From assembly GCF_009914755.1 (NCBI RefSeq), contig NC_060928.1: 64,000 nucleotides of DNA; one strand, written 5' to 3'. The notes below the pieces were generated by a model. It did not search any database. It was given only the letters and a program-made list of their open reading frames with translations, and had not been told where the DNA came from. Position numbers and translations under genes: made by a program. Source of the DNA: the human T2T-CHM13v2.0 reference genome, Homo sapiens. Shown here in pieces: positions 1-14,145 of this stretch (positions are counted from its first letter, which is position 1; every line of letters begins with the position of its first letter).

Positions 1-924
1 ATCAGAGCTTTCAATCATACATATCAAGAACCCTATTACCTATAAATTTTTCAAATGTTCTGGATTGACTCATTCATACCATGACTGGTTCATCATTCCA
101 TGGCTGGTTCCCTCATCATTTCAGTGTTTGTGACAGTGGGGATGTTTTTCCTCTGATGGATTCTTTCCTAGGTGCAACACTGATTTCTGAAAACACATCT
201 CTCTCTGATCTAACTGGACATTAATTGCTTTTGTGCTGATGCATCTATGCCTCCTGGTCTGATAGCACAACTAGCAAATCTGATCTCTGACAAGTTGGCT
301 GAACCTAATCAGGACAGATCAGCTGTTACCCAAGGTGCCACACGCTGTAATTTGAGGATCTTTACAGAGTTATCACTCGCCTGAAAGACAAGGAACTATA
401 ATTCTGTCAACACTAATCCCAAACTGTATGTTCAAAGCAACTGTGGCCTCCCCACACCCCAAAAAAAGATAGCACTTGTCAAATAAATACCTGAGATAAT
501 TGATAAGAGGGGATTAGAAGGATGTGGCTGATACAGTGACAGTAGGAATTATTATTTTTAAGAACCTCCAGAAGCAGAACATTGGATGTCAAGTGTGAAC
601 CGTCAAGGATAAAAGAGGGTGGCAGAAAGAGATGCATGGAAATTGTCCATCATTCCGCTCCCACTCATCACTGGGTGACTTGGTTCATATTTGCCTCACT
701 CTCTAAACAGGCAAATACCCAAACATTCTAAGCCTCGAAGGAAACCTGTCAGAGCCAACTAGGGCTGCCACCCAGTGACAATGACTCGATGAGAAGCAAG
801 AACATTCTCAGGAGTGGAGGTATTATTGTCAGGCTGTCAGCTCTGTGCTATTCTCTGAAGACCCCTGCGGTTTTCTTACAGGCACAAAACGAGGTAATAT
901 TAGAAAAATAAACTTCTTTCTTAC
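1..924 (-). other. LDB2: Start of the following LDB2 intron
   Basis: GTAAG donor at 924..920 on the minus strand. Confidence 0.88.
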
Positions 925-1027
925 TGTATCGCTTTGGTCCATCTTCCAAACAAAATGAAAGGGTTAATGTGGCGTCATCTTCAAAAAATTCAGTGGCAAA
1001 GGCGTCCCACCAGAGGTTGTCACTATC
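925..1027 (-). CDS. LDB2: LDB2 internal coding exon (103 bp; likely exon 2), N-terminal dimerisation domain
   Basis: Translates to DSDNLWWDAFATEFFEDDATLTLSFCLEDGPKRY+A, recognised as LDB2; the paralogue LDB1 reads ECDNLWWDAFTTEFFEDDAMLTITF, from recall. Acceptor tctctttgcAG|GAT at 1028/1027 (phase 0); donor TACA|GTAAGA at 925/924 (phase 1). Confidence 0.96.
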
Positions 1028-3627
1028 CTGCAAAGAGACAGATCATTTATTTAACAAGGGAAAGTGGGAAATATCTCAAAGAGGAAGAGAAAAGGGAAGA
1101 GAAAGAAAAACTCAGCTGCTCCTTGCTCATTACTTCGCGTATGTGTGTAGGTGTTCTAGGAAAGGGTAGGTGGGCGGTCACTCTTCAAATTAATTGCCTC
1201 AAATAGGAACCAAATTCCAATTCAATAAGTGAGCTCAAACCAATCGAATAAAAATTAATTCTCCAGGATATATTTGGGGAGATTTAATAAATGTGCTATA
1301 AAACACAATGTGATGTTTTTTGACAAAAGGGTTTGCATTTAATGTAAAATACACTTGACTTTTTTTTCTCTTTCTCTCTCTCTGCTCTTTTAAGAGTTCA
1401 TTTTTATAAATAGAAACCACAATATTACAACCAGGTTAAACATAATTTTCATACATAATTTAATCAACAGAGATGTTCCTAGCTCTACTATACACAAATA
1501 TCCCTATAAAAGATACAGGTACAGATACATGGATGGATAGATTGATAGAGAAGTTCACACACAAGCGATTGTCACATATATATGGACTGTTCTTGATTGT
1601 TTTAAGAGGACAGGCAACCACTAGCTTGTTGTTAAAAAGAGTATTAAAAATAGAGCAGTTCAGCAGAATGCAGGCCATCCATATGAATTCTGTTTGTTTG
1701 TTTTGGGTTGAATGTTTCTCCTGCTCATGCAGAAAACACTTTGGAAGCGGCCCAGTTTAAGGCAGTCAGAATCACTGTTAATCTCCAAGGGGAGAAGAAG
1801 GCCCCTCTCACAGTGAATTAAGAAGGTTATACAGAGTGTCATATTTACAGGAGGAATCACATCCCAGTCAAATTCTCAGTATAGGACCTGATTTATCCCA
1901 AAATTCTTAAGCACCATGTTTTTCCAGAGAATTAGAAGTTGAAGACAAGATGCATCCCAGCTGCCTGTCAGATGGAAGGGGAGATAGAAGGGGAATTGCC
2001 ACTCCCCATGTAATAGTCCCACTACTGAGTCCTGGCAGAGATACCACAAGCCTCTCTTCTTCCCATTAAGTTGCTCTGCTTATGACAACATTAAGTTGTT
2101 GTCACTGGCAGGCCTTAGGAATGAACCCTCAGTCCCAGCAAGAATAATTAAGGAGCCACGGAAGATTGATGCCGTCCTCTCCTTCAGAAAAGAAGAAGCT
2201 CAGACAAATGAATTTTTGCATCTCTCTTTGGCTTCCTTCCAATCACCATAGCAAAAGCCAATCCCTTTCTCAGTAAAACAGGGTAGATAGGAAACCACCG
2301 AAGAGCAATGCATGGATCCACGTACAAAGTACTCTGCTTTTTCTCCTTTCAGAAACAAATATGTATTGGGCACTTAACTATGTGTAGGCCTTCAGAATGC
2401 ACAGCTGAATAAGAGACTGGTCCCTACCCTCAAAGGGCTTAAAGCCCACTAGCAGAAGACAATCACATGAGCAACTAAACAGGCAGCTTCACTCCACATC
2501 TGAGACCGTGGCACACGTCCTCAATGCTCTGGAAGCTTGTGGAGCTTTTAAAAAACTCAGTGGGCTTGGAAGTGGAGGAATCTGCCAGGGAAAGAAACCC
2601 TATTCGGAAGACTGGATACATTGGTTTATTCGACTTTAAATCACTACACAGATGGAAAAAGAGTCACAGTTAACATTTATTGAGTGTTTACCACATGCCA
2701 AGCACTAGTCTAATGACTTTATGTGTATTTTCCTACTTAATCCACAGTACGAATCCACTTCTTCTGTGTGTGTGGTTTTTTTTTTTTCTCTTCAATACAA
2801 ATATAAGCTTCTTGTACACAGGGGCTTTGTTTTGCTTGCTACTTTATCTCCCAACCCCCAGAACAGTGTCTAGCCTAGGATATTACTCATAAAAGCAGCT
2901 CAATGAATGAATGAAGCTGCTCATATTATCTCTACTTTGCAACTGCAGAAACCAAAGCTTAGGCAGTAAATGTCACTTGCTCCAGTACACTCAGCAAATA
3001 AATGTCAGAGATGGAATTTCAACTCAGACCACTGGACACCCCCGACCTACCCATCCTTTGCTCTGTACAGCAACCTGCTACATTTCCCTGACAGTCTTTG
3101 AGAGGCTGTGGTTAGGATTCAGCAAGAGGGGAGAAAGAGTTGAAAGGGAATATTTAGTCTGAGGTTGATTTCTTCTTTGAGCTCCTTGCCTTGTGCAGAC
3201 CTGCAGCCAGGACTCACGCTCAGGAGACTGCCTGGCGTTTCACAGTAAAGCAGTTGGTAACACATCATGGCGGAATTCAGTCCTGCAGGTAACACTGCCC
3301 CCTCCCAGCTTTGTGAACTTAGCAACTTATTCTACCTTCCCCAGCCTGTCTACTTATTTAGAACCTGAGGATAACAATAACAACAACAATAGTTACTATC
3401 TGGCAGCACAGATCTGAGGACTAAATAAATTAGTAGGTATAAAGTGCTCCTCAAAGGGAGTGCAGATCAATAAAATCTTCAGGAGATAAAATCTGCAGGA
3501 GAGCACCCCAAAGACAGTGAAGATCAATAAAATGCCCTTTCCCTGCCTCTGTCTACCATCTTTAATATCATATCTAGGGCAGGAGGCATTCCACTTTATA
3601 AAGAACTGCACTGAAAATGAACTTTAT

Positions 3628-3972
3628 GGCCAGATGTGGTGGTTCATGCCTGTAATCCCAGCACTTTGGGAGGCCTAGGTGGATAGATCACCTGAGGGTC
3701 AGGAGTTCGAGACCAGCCTGACCAACATGGTGAAACCCACACTCTGCTAAAAATAGAAAACTCAGTGGAATAGAAAATAGAAAACTAAATGGAATAGAAA
3801 ATAGAAAAATTGGCCAGCCAGGCGTGGTGGTGGGCACATGTAATCCCAGTTACTCAGGAGACTGAGGCAGGAGAATAACTTGAACCTGTGAGGCAGAGGT
3901 AGCAGTGAGCCAAGATCACCCCACTGCACTCCAGTCTGGGTGACAGAGTGAGACCTGGTCTCAAAAAAAAAA
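3628..3972 (+). mobile_element. AluS-type element with expanded central linker
   Basis: GGCCAGATGTGGTGG start, two arms, poly-A; TSD AAAATGAACTTTAT at 3614-3627 and 3969-3982. Confidence 0.95.
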
Positions 3973-4150
3973 TGAACTTTATAAAATAGTCTGTTTATAA
4001 ATCAGCACTTTTCCCTATCACTTCAACCATTAGCAACCCTTTTCCCTGGCAACAGCATCTGTCTATAACACTGTTAAAAATCTGAATGAAAATGTATTAC
4101 TTCTCATTTGCTTTGCTCATTATTCAGAGGCCCAGTGACGGGATCCCCTC

Positions 4151-4493
4151 TGTATTAATTCATTCTCACACTGCTATGAAGATATACCCAAGACTGGGTA
4201 ATTTATAAAGGAAAGAGGTTTAATTGACTCACAGTTCAGCATGGCTGGGGAGGCCTCAGGAAATTTACAATCATGGTGGAAGGGGAGGAGAGGAATGAAT
4301 GCCCAGTGAAGGGGGAAACCCCTTATAAAACCATCAGATCTCATGAGAACTAACGCACTATCACGAGAACAAGATAAGGGAAACCACCCCCATGATTCAA
4401 TTATCTCCACCTTGTCCCTCCCATGACACATGGGGATTATGGGAACTATAACTCAAGATGAGATTTGGGTGGGGACACAGCCAAACCATATCA
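4151..4493 (-). mobile_element. THE1/MST-type MaLR solo LTR
   Basis: Reverse complement starts TGATATGGTTTGGCTGTGTCCCCACCCAAATCTCATCTTG and ends ...ACA; flanks ccctc/tcctc are a near-5-bp TSD. Confidence 0.9.
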
Positions 4494-4839
4494 TCCTCTA
4501 TTTTCTGATAATCTAACTCTTGGTCTCTGACACTTCTGCTGGAAAATGAACCAGTGAAAGGCAAAAAAGTCAATAGAAATGCTGGCTGATCTGAGGTCAC
4601 CGGGAGAAAAGAAAGTACTCAAGTTACAATGAGGTTCGAGGAATGTCTATGAGCAGTGTTACAGGTTCCACAGGGCCTACATACATATGTGAGTTTTGGC
4701 AGAAGTTGAAAGAGACATAATGATCCAAGAATGAGAAATGTCATATGATTCAAACTAGCTTCAGTGGAACATGGGATGAATCAACGTCTCAGGAAATTTC
4801 AGAAGAGGTCTGCTGGGAGAATGGGCACATTAGGTAACA

Positions 4840-4840
<1 letters not shown>

Positions 4841-4876
<36 letters not shown>
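4841..4876. repeat. (CA)18 microsatellite
   Basis: Direct reading. Confidence 0.97.
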
Positions 4877-4879
<3 letters not shown>

Positions 4880-5195
4880 AATTGGTTTTGGTCACAAATC
4901 TTGAAAGAACATCCTCGAAATAAAAATGTAACCTTTAAGTTCATAGTGCCAGGCATATAATAGGTAGATAAGATAATATTTTTGTTTGGCTGATAGAACA
5001 CATTAATAGATAGATGGATGGAATAAATTTCTTATCGTGGCATCACAAACTCAGCTCGGGAAGTCACTTTACAAAGTTGTCCGGAGAACTTGATTGTGGA
5101 CCCTACTTTGTCTGTTGGTCAATAATTTTAAACGCATAAAAATGACATTCTGTGTATTTAAATTGTAATTTTCAATCTCCCCCCATATGTAAACA

Positions 5196-5198
<3 letters not shown>

Positions 5199-5240
<42 letters not shown>
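5199..5240. repeat. (AC)21 microsatellite
   Basis: Direct reading. Confidence 0.97.
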
Positions 5241-5245
<5 letters not shown>

Positions 5246-8045
5246 TTTTGAATTAGTCTTTAGTTATGACAGAACAAATGTTTATTTAGGAAAGGAATAA
5301 AAGTAATAGAGATTTAAGACAAAAATTACTAAGTGTTGGGTATAGGCCATTCTTGTGTTGGCTGTATATGAAGGAAGCTTATTATGGAAAGAGCACATGT
5401 TTGAGGGCCCAGGGTTAATGTTAGTATCGTAATCCAGAATTTTCTAAGTGCTGTACATGTATTGAACCATTTTATATTCACAACTACCCTAATTGCTACC
5501 AAGGGGCAGAGCAGGCAGCCTTATAGAGAACTTATGTCCTTAACTTCTATGTTATACTGACTTGCACATATGATTTCTGCCTCTTAATAGCTGGATGACC
5601 TCAGTCAACACATCTAATTTCTTTGCGTCTGTTTGCTTGTTGGGTAAGTGGGAATAATAATCTCGGTGTGCTGTGAGGACTAAACAGAAACTGCCCGGCA
5701 TATAGTAGTTGTTCAATATGTGTCAACTATTATTATTTATCATTATCTCATTTAACCCTTAAGATATTCATAGAGAATCTAAAATTCAAAAAAGGTAAGC
5801 TACTCAATAAAGGTTAGAAAGCAAGAAAGTGATGAAGCTAAAGTTCACGTAGCAAGTCTGCCTAACTCCAATACATGCTTTTTTGTAAATAATTTTACTT
5901 AAAAAGTTATTTCCCACTTTGGGTTGAAGACCAAAAATGCTTTACAAGAGTTAGAGGAAGAGGTCAGCATTGACTAGAGGAAATTTCCCCCTCCAACCTT
6001 TCGGAGTTCATACCCTTTTTCCCACCTTCACATGGTTTTCCTGATAATAAATCTTTTGGAACACTTCTTGCTTCCATTCTGTTGTCTGGTGTAGTTCCTG
6101 GGATCAGTTAGGCAATTTTGTAGAAGTAATGTGGATAATAAAGAGATTAGGAGTTTAGGGAGTGGCTGAAATACAGCTAAGACCTCTGCTGAGCCAAATA
6201 GAAGTCTCTGGCAGAAGATCTAACAACTCTACTGGTAGACACTCAGTTCTTGGTGACACAGCTACCTTATGAGTTATGGACAATCACTACAAAAAAAAAA
6301 AAAAATCATTCCCTCCATTTTCCAAGGTTTAATTGTCAGTCATCTAGAATGGTATGGACCCTGCAACACAGACTCTAGCTTGGCCACATGTGAGGAAGAA
6401 AAAGAGACCATGGTCATTTGAAAGAAAAGATACTAATTAAAATTCTGCAGCTTTATGTACAGGCTAGCAGTTCCACCTGCTGACCGTAAACTTAGAGCCA
6501 ACATCATTGGAGAAATGATGCGGAAGTACCACAAAAATGGCCCATTCTCCTTTTGGACCTGGCAATGTGGCCAAGTTCAGCAAGACGGCCAGCAGGAGGC
6601 TGTGTGAGTTAAGCTATAAGCCGTTTTGATGAAGGATCCCATAGAGCAGCTCACTAAATCCAGTTTCCGCTAAAGTTTAGAGGCAAAGCAGGGTGCAGCT
6701 GATCACTCTTACTCCACACACATAATCATCACACGTTAAACTAACTTGGAGATTAACCAGGAGGTGCATTGAGACTGACCAGTCTCATCTTTGCCCAAAA
6801 GATAAAGATCAACCTTTTGGGACTTCCAAGTAAATGGTATAGCACACGCTCTTAAAACACAACCACAAGTCTGACATCTTGTTCCCAGGTGTATTGGGTG
6901 GCACGCACATCTGGGACTGGCAGATATAAGAGATACAACATTTTGTGCATCTAAGCTAAAAGAGAGTCTATCCAGAGAAAAAACATTCTTACCACACCAG
7001 AAAGGAGCCAGCATATGCAGGACCCTGGAGTTGGCCTCCCAGCAATGTGTTGAGCCAAGGGACCTCCAGCAGCTCACGTGTCAGGGTTAAGGGCTCCTTC
7101 TCAACTCTTTGTGCCTCCCTGCCTTTGCATATGTCATTCTTTTGACCTACAATGTCCAGCAAATGCCAAGATGCAGTTTGTGGACCCCTCTTTCACTGTC
7201 TCCTGTACTAGGAAATCTTGACAACTATAATCCCAATAGAGCGTATATGAAATTATCATGGAATCATCACCTTGTAATACACATTTTCCTAAAGTATGCT
7301 CCAGCAGACTACGTTACTTAAGGATAGGGAATGGACATTATGTATCTATGCATCCTCAGCAGGATTCTCCTATAAATTAGTACCCAATAATGGAGTAGAA
7401 AAATGGACTAAACAGATGATAAGGCCCTACCCACACGGCGAGTAAGATTCTTTCTCTAAAAATGTAGGAATCTTAAAATCTAACCTCAGTGGCTAGGGGC
7501 CAAGACAGTGTTCGAGAGAAGTCTTCTCTCTGTCACATCACTGTTATCTCATCTCACAATAATGGAATGCCCCAGGCATGCATGTCAGGAGTTCATATGG
7601 AGGCAGAAATTTAAATAAATTATCTCACACCTACACTGCCACGCTTTTGAGCCACCTTTGGAGTATTATACATCTCAGTGAAATGTTGGTTAAGGTTGCT
7701 GGTAGTACATGAATGCACTTGACTGGCTGTCATTAATCAAGACAAATTTTACTTTATTAATTTTAAAAATAGAGAACAAAAGAGAATATGATGAAGACTC
7801 ATGGGCCCATTACCCGGAATTAACAATTATTGCAATATTATTGCATTTTTCTTTTCTAAAGTAATTAAATGTTACAAATATAAATAAATGTTCTGGGTCA
7901 CCATATCCTACTCTGTTTTTCTCTCTCCTCTCTCAGACCTCCATAAATAACTGTCTCATGAAAACCATATGGATCTTCCTAGCCCATCTTTTATATTAAT
8001 ATACATGCATGATTCCACTCATATACAGTCCTATTTTGTTTTTAA

Positions 8046-8646
<601 letters not shown>

Positions 8647-10499
8647 TAAACATTTTGCTACTAATAATCTCAGATAGTTCCTAATTTTTTGGTCATCCCA
8701 ACAATGCTGCCATAAATGTCTCTGTAGTTTCCTTTTGTGTTTATATGTAAGAATTTCTCTCAGGCACATGCCTAAAGTGGATATGCCTAGACATAGGGTT
8801 TGTACCTGTCTATATTTTGGTCCTTTCATTAGGAGGTCCCTGTACTTTCATATTAAAAGCATCTGCATCTGGTCTGATTGATGCATGGGTAGAGATTCAA
8901 AGAGTACTGTTAAGCAGTATATTTCCAAGTGGGTTCTAGTAGCAAGAGCAGCTTAATGACAAAAACAGAGACTAGCTCTGCTGGGAGAAGGATGAATATC
9001 TAGAAGTCCAAAAAAGATGCAAAAATGGAGTAACACTACTAATAATACTCCAACTTTGCCGATCATTCTTTTAAAAGAGGAGTGTATATTAAGGCCTTCA
9101 TTAACCAAAAGGAGGATTATTTCTTGACACAAGCATAGGAAAGAAAGCAAACGTAGGTTTTCCATGCCACTCCACAATGACTCATGGATCAGGAGGACTG
9201 AGTACCAAATGCCCGAACTCATGTGTAGATTGAGCTCTGTTGCACACTGCCACAGGGCTTCTGATCTGGGACACGTGTTTTCCCAACAGACAGCTACTTC
9301 CAATTCTTGCTGTTGTTTAGTATCTGAACTGTGTGTGGCGAGTGTTTAGTGAATATTAATAAGTAAAAAGTGAATTCTTTTCCCCAAAGCTAGAAAGTAA
9401 CAATAGCATACAGCAGCCTCCAGGTAAATAAAGATGAAATTAACTCAGCCTGAACACAGACAGGGGAAGTGGTTGTTGACAATTCTTCCATATTTTAATT
9501 AGGAAAAAATATCATCAAAGCTTCTTTATTCTAAACAATCCCCTATATGCATTTGTGCTATTACAGTCCTTAGTCCTTTTGTCCCATCTCACAGGTGAAC
9601 CCAAATTTCACCAGCAGCCTAATCATATATCAGGATGAGACACACAGTCATGTCAAATAGCAGAAGAGAGTCTTAATTATGTTTAAAAATCTACAGAAGC
9701 ATTTTGCTTCCATCCTAGATTCTCTCCTGTTCCCAACCCTATCCCTCTTCACCAAAAACAGGATCCCGGTGCCAGGGCTGCCCCTCGGCATCTTTAACTT
9801 AAGCACTGACAGGTTACGTGGGATTTTTGCCAGAGTAATTATTTTTCAATTCAACAATAATGAGAAATTACCATGGCAACCACTTGTCATGTGGTACACA
9901 TACACCCCCTCCAAAGAATGAACCATACTTAAAGCATCTATTCCTTGAAAATGTGTTTTTTTTTTATTAAAATAAACTTAAACAGGTCAAAGTGGAGAGC
10001 ATTCTGAAGGGGTCTGAAAGATGGGAGATGGGAGGGCATTGACTTTCTTCAGTATCTTGTGGTTCTAGAAAAAAATGAGAATGTCTCATCTTATAACCCT
10101 ACTCTCTTGTACACACACATTTAAATAACACTATTAATTTGTATCTTACTATTTTAGTCACTCCTGTTTTACATGCATCAGCTAACCTTTCTCAGAAGAT
10201 ACTGAAGAAAGGATAAATTTGCCTGAAATGACCGAGGCAGAAACACACTTGCTACACTTGCTCTGCCTACATTTCTTTTTCTGCCATATCCAGATATTAA
10301 GAAAGAAGACAAAAAAAAAATCCCAAATCTCATGCCTTCTGCCTTTCTGTTACCTAGAGTCCCTCTCACACTGAAGGAAGCTCAGGTCATTTGTTTTCCA
10401 AGACTGTAACTGTGTTTTTGATTCCTTAATCACAAGCCACCCTTTCTCCAAAACCAAGGGTCTATCTCGAACCATGTTTATTTTGAATCAGCCTCCCTT

Positions 10500-10760
10500 A
10501 ATAATAATAGTCAACAGTTACAAGGCACTTATTGTATGCCAGTAACCCTTCTGAACTCATTGCACATTATAAACCCCTTAAAACCTCACCATGACCCTAT
10601 AATATAAGTAGCATTATTAACCCCATCTTATAGATGAGAAAACTGAGGCACTGAGGAGTTAGATATTTGCTTAACATGACACAGCTATCAAATTGCCACG
10701 AAAGAGTTCAACCCCAAGGACTCTGGCTACTGGCTAGCAAGTTTAGACTCATGACTGCTC
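10500..10760 (-). mobile_element. MIR SINE
   Basis: Core ccccatcttatagatgagaaaactgaggcac matches the MIR antisense core. Confidence 0.75.
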
Positions 10761-11046
10761 CATTATGATGTTCCTTTATTCAAAACAATATCTCTAAAAT
10801 ATCTGTCTTCTTAGTTGTTTCAACATCCAGTCAAGGCCAAGTGCACTGAACGTTTGGGTCTCTCTCTGGAACAGGCAGCCCAAAGCAAGGATTTCCATCA
10901 CACCTATGGAATTCGGCTTGAAGACACACAAATAAAAGTAATAAGGTAAGACCATTTGCCCTTGCCAGCTGGTAGCTGCACAAGCATGAAAAGGATGCAG
11001 AGAGGGAATTTTAAATCTCCCCTTTTTTACTTATTTTTATGGGATT

Positions 11047-11358
<312 letters not shown>

Positions 11359-13129
11359 CTATGGGATTTTTTTTTTTTTTTTCTTAAACAACTCATGTTC
11401 TAGAGACTGAATTTTTCTTCTCTAATTCTCAACTGTGATTTGCTCATTCTCAGCTAAATTGCATTTTATTTAACTGTAAGCATTAGTTATTATTTTAACT
11501 GAATTATAAAACGGCATACTACCAACATAGCAAATTGTGTGTTTTGAGAGAGCATCTCGGTGTTTCACTCACAAATCAAGCCCTCCCTTTTAGAAGGTGC
11601 TCACTATAGTTCCCTGTCTAGTGCCTGTGGATGCTGCCTTGAGAAAGTCGCATATTAAAATGTGCAGAAAGACAAGACTTGGTATCCAGTAGACACAGCT
11701 CTTCAGTAGAAGTTACATCAGTGGTTTTCCCCCCAAAGACCTGAGAAATTCATGTATTTGAATCTCCAGCTTTGATCCACAAAATCAGTAATTAATTCTG
11801 AGCAGTCCAAACAGAAATGTTAGTTAGAATAACTAAAAGCAATGACTCAAATGCCTCAGTGTGTATGTGCCAACAATTGAGCTTTTTTTGCTACCAGACT
11901 TATTACAAGTGTGATGAAATAATTTTTTTTTGAAGTTGGGATTCCTGTCAGCTTTTTGAGGGCAACATCTTACCCATGTCTGGTGTGTTTTACATGCACA
12001 GTATCTAACACATGGCAGGAAGACAACAAATAATTGCTCCATTATTTAATTATTTAAATCACTTAATTCAACAAATAAATATTTATTTAACTAAAACCCA
12101 GCATATTCTCAAAACCCAGAAGAAAACCAGCACTTTTAATTTTATGATAATTGAACACTGCCACTCTCTGCTCTATTTACATGTTTGTGAAACAGGGGCT
12201 TTGATTCTTTGATGACTGAATCAGTGAAAATGCACAGAGTTTCAAAATGTAGTATTTTCTAGTCCTCACAGGCTCTCTATCAAGTTGGTAATTTTCTTAT
12301 CCCAATGTCAGTGGGGAAACTGAGGCCCCAAGCGGTTAAGAAATGTACCCAAGGTTACAAATCAAATAAGCGGCAACATTGGAATTTGCATCCTCTCTGA
12401 CTCATAAATTTTTATTTCCATCCACAAAGCTTTACTCGCTGCCTATTGCAATCTCTACTCTATACTATTCTAGTATGAAAGAGGATTGGTTGTTTTTTAA
12501 TAACTAAATTTCCTATTTTATACTCAAACATGGAGACATGTACTCTCACAATCAAAAAGAATATACTGGGAACCCTATGCAAAGCCACTTTGAAAATGAC
12601 GTGGAAAGGCATTACTCTAGAAGCACAGGTTTTGTTCATGACAGCTCTGTGGCAGTGAGCACCGCGCATCGTATTACATCACACCATCTAGGTGTGAGAG
12701 GTCCCGAGATGCAGGATAATGTCATGAGGCAGCAAGTCGTATATCTTGAGAAAAGTTCACTGTAAAATCAGGCACAAATTTTCCATTCCAACATAAACAC
12801 AGCAGACAAGGGAATGTTTCTGGAAAAGCTTGCAAGATTCAAAATCTTGTTTCTGTGACCCACCCTATTGCATTTGAATAGTTGATCAAATGACAAGAAT
12901 AATTCTTCAAGTCACCACTAAACATTGGAGGACTGTGCCAGGACCAAGGCCACAGGAAACCACTAGATAAGAAAACTCAAGATTTTCTCTCTTCCTACTT
13001 GGAAAAAATGAAAAAAAAATTTTTGTTCACAAAGACAAATATAAGAAACCCAGAATATTCTTGAAACCTAGAAAAAAATAATGTTTTTCTTGATGATGGT
13101 CAATCATTTCTATTCTCTTCTCTGTTTAC

Positions 13130-14145
13130 AAATCTGTTTACCAGGGGACTTGAATTCTCTCTGTCAGTGACACCCAAGTACATATTACAGCTCCAAACTT
13201 CTCCCTGGGACTTCAGAATTGTGACTCTAACTGCCTCACTCACCTCTCCACTTCTTAACCAAAGAGGCATCTCAGGCTTAACATGGCCAAAGCCAGATAT
13301 CTCCCCCAACTCCATCCCCTACAAGCCAATTCTTCTCATTCTCTTCCATCTCCATAATGTAATTCCAGTTTCTCAGTCACTTAGGCCAGCATTTGAGAAC
13401 ATACTCTTGATTCCTGTCTTACCCTAACTCCACACCTCCAATCTGTCAGCAAATCCCATGAATTTACCTCCAACACATGAATGGAAATCCACCCATGTTT
13501 CTTTCCTTCCACTGCCACCCCTTCTCTGTGCCTCCAGTAACTTCAGCCTGGACAACAATGACTTTTTCCTAACTCATCTCTCAGCCCCCACTCCTGTTCC
13601 CCTGTAACCTGTGCTCTGCAAAGAAGCCTGGAGGATCTTTTAACAATACCCATTAGATTGTGACCCTCCCAGCTAAAACTTTTCTATGGTTCGTCATTGC
13701 TGTGTAGGGAGCTCACTCTCCTGTGTGGATGGGACTTTCTCTTCTTCTTTGCTGTTGGTTCACTGCACTCTCAGCACAGCCCGCAGATCTAGGTTCTTAC
13801 CTTGGGGACCTTCCTTCGGGCCCAGGGCTGCACTCCACTACACCACAGGGCCCTTTGAACCAGCTGCGTCCACCACCAGTGGATGCCTTTCCTCTCTTTG
13901 GTGTGGTTTTCTCTTTCTCCTCATTCAAATCTCAGCATCCTTGTCATCTTTGGGTCATCCAATCTACAGAAGCCTACTTGCTATCACATCAGTCTATATT
14001 TTTCCTTGATCATTCAATTTTGTTTGTTTGTCTTCTTACATACAAAAAATTGTGTTCATTGGGAATATAAGATCCTATTGCCTGCTTTGCTCTGAAGCCT
14101 GGCATATAATAGGTGGTTAAAAATGACTGCCTGAATAAATGAATA
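13130..14145 (+). mobile_element. L2 LINE 3' fragment
   Basis: L2-like motifs (aggcatctcaggcttaacatggccaaa; ctgtcagcaaatccc) ending in the L2 terminal TGAATAAATGAAT. Confidence 0.7.

Noticed and set aside
848-1033. 61-aa ORF as a standalone protein
   Set aside because: It is the LDB2 exon plus intronic read-through. The 'start' is the TTG of the acceptor, and similarity ends at the GTAAG donor.
6455-6607. 50-codon + strand ORF MYRLAVPPADRKLRANIIGEMMRKYHKNGPFSFWTWQ...
   Set aside because: No recognisable family, no promoter or splice evidence; this length is expected by chance.
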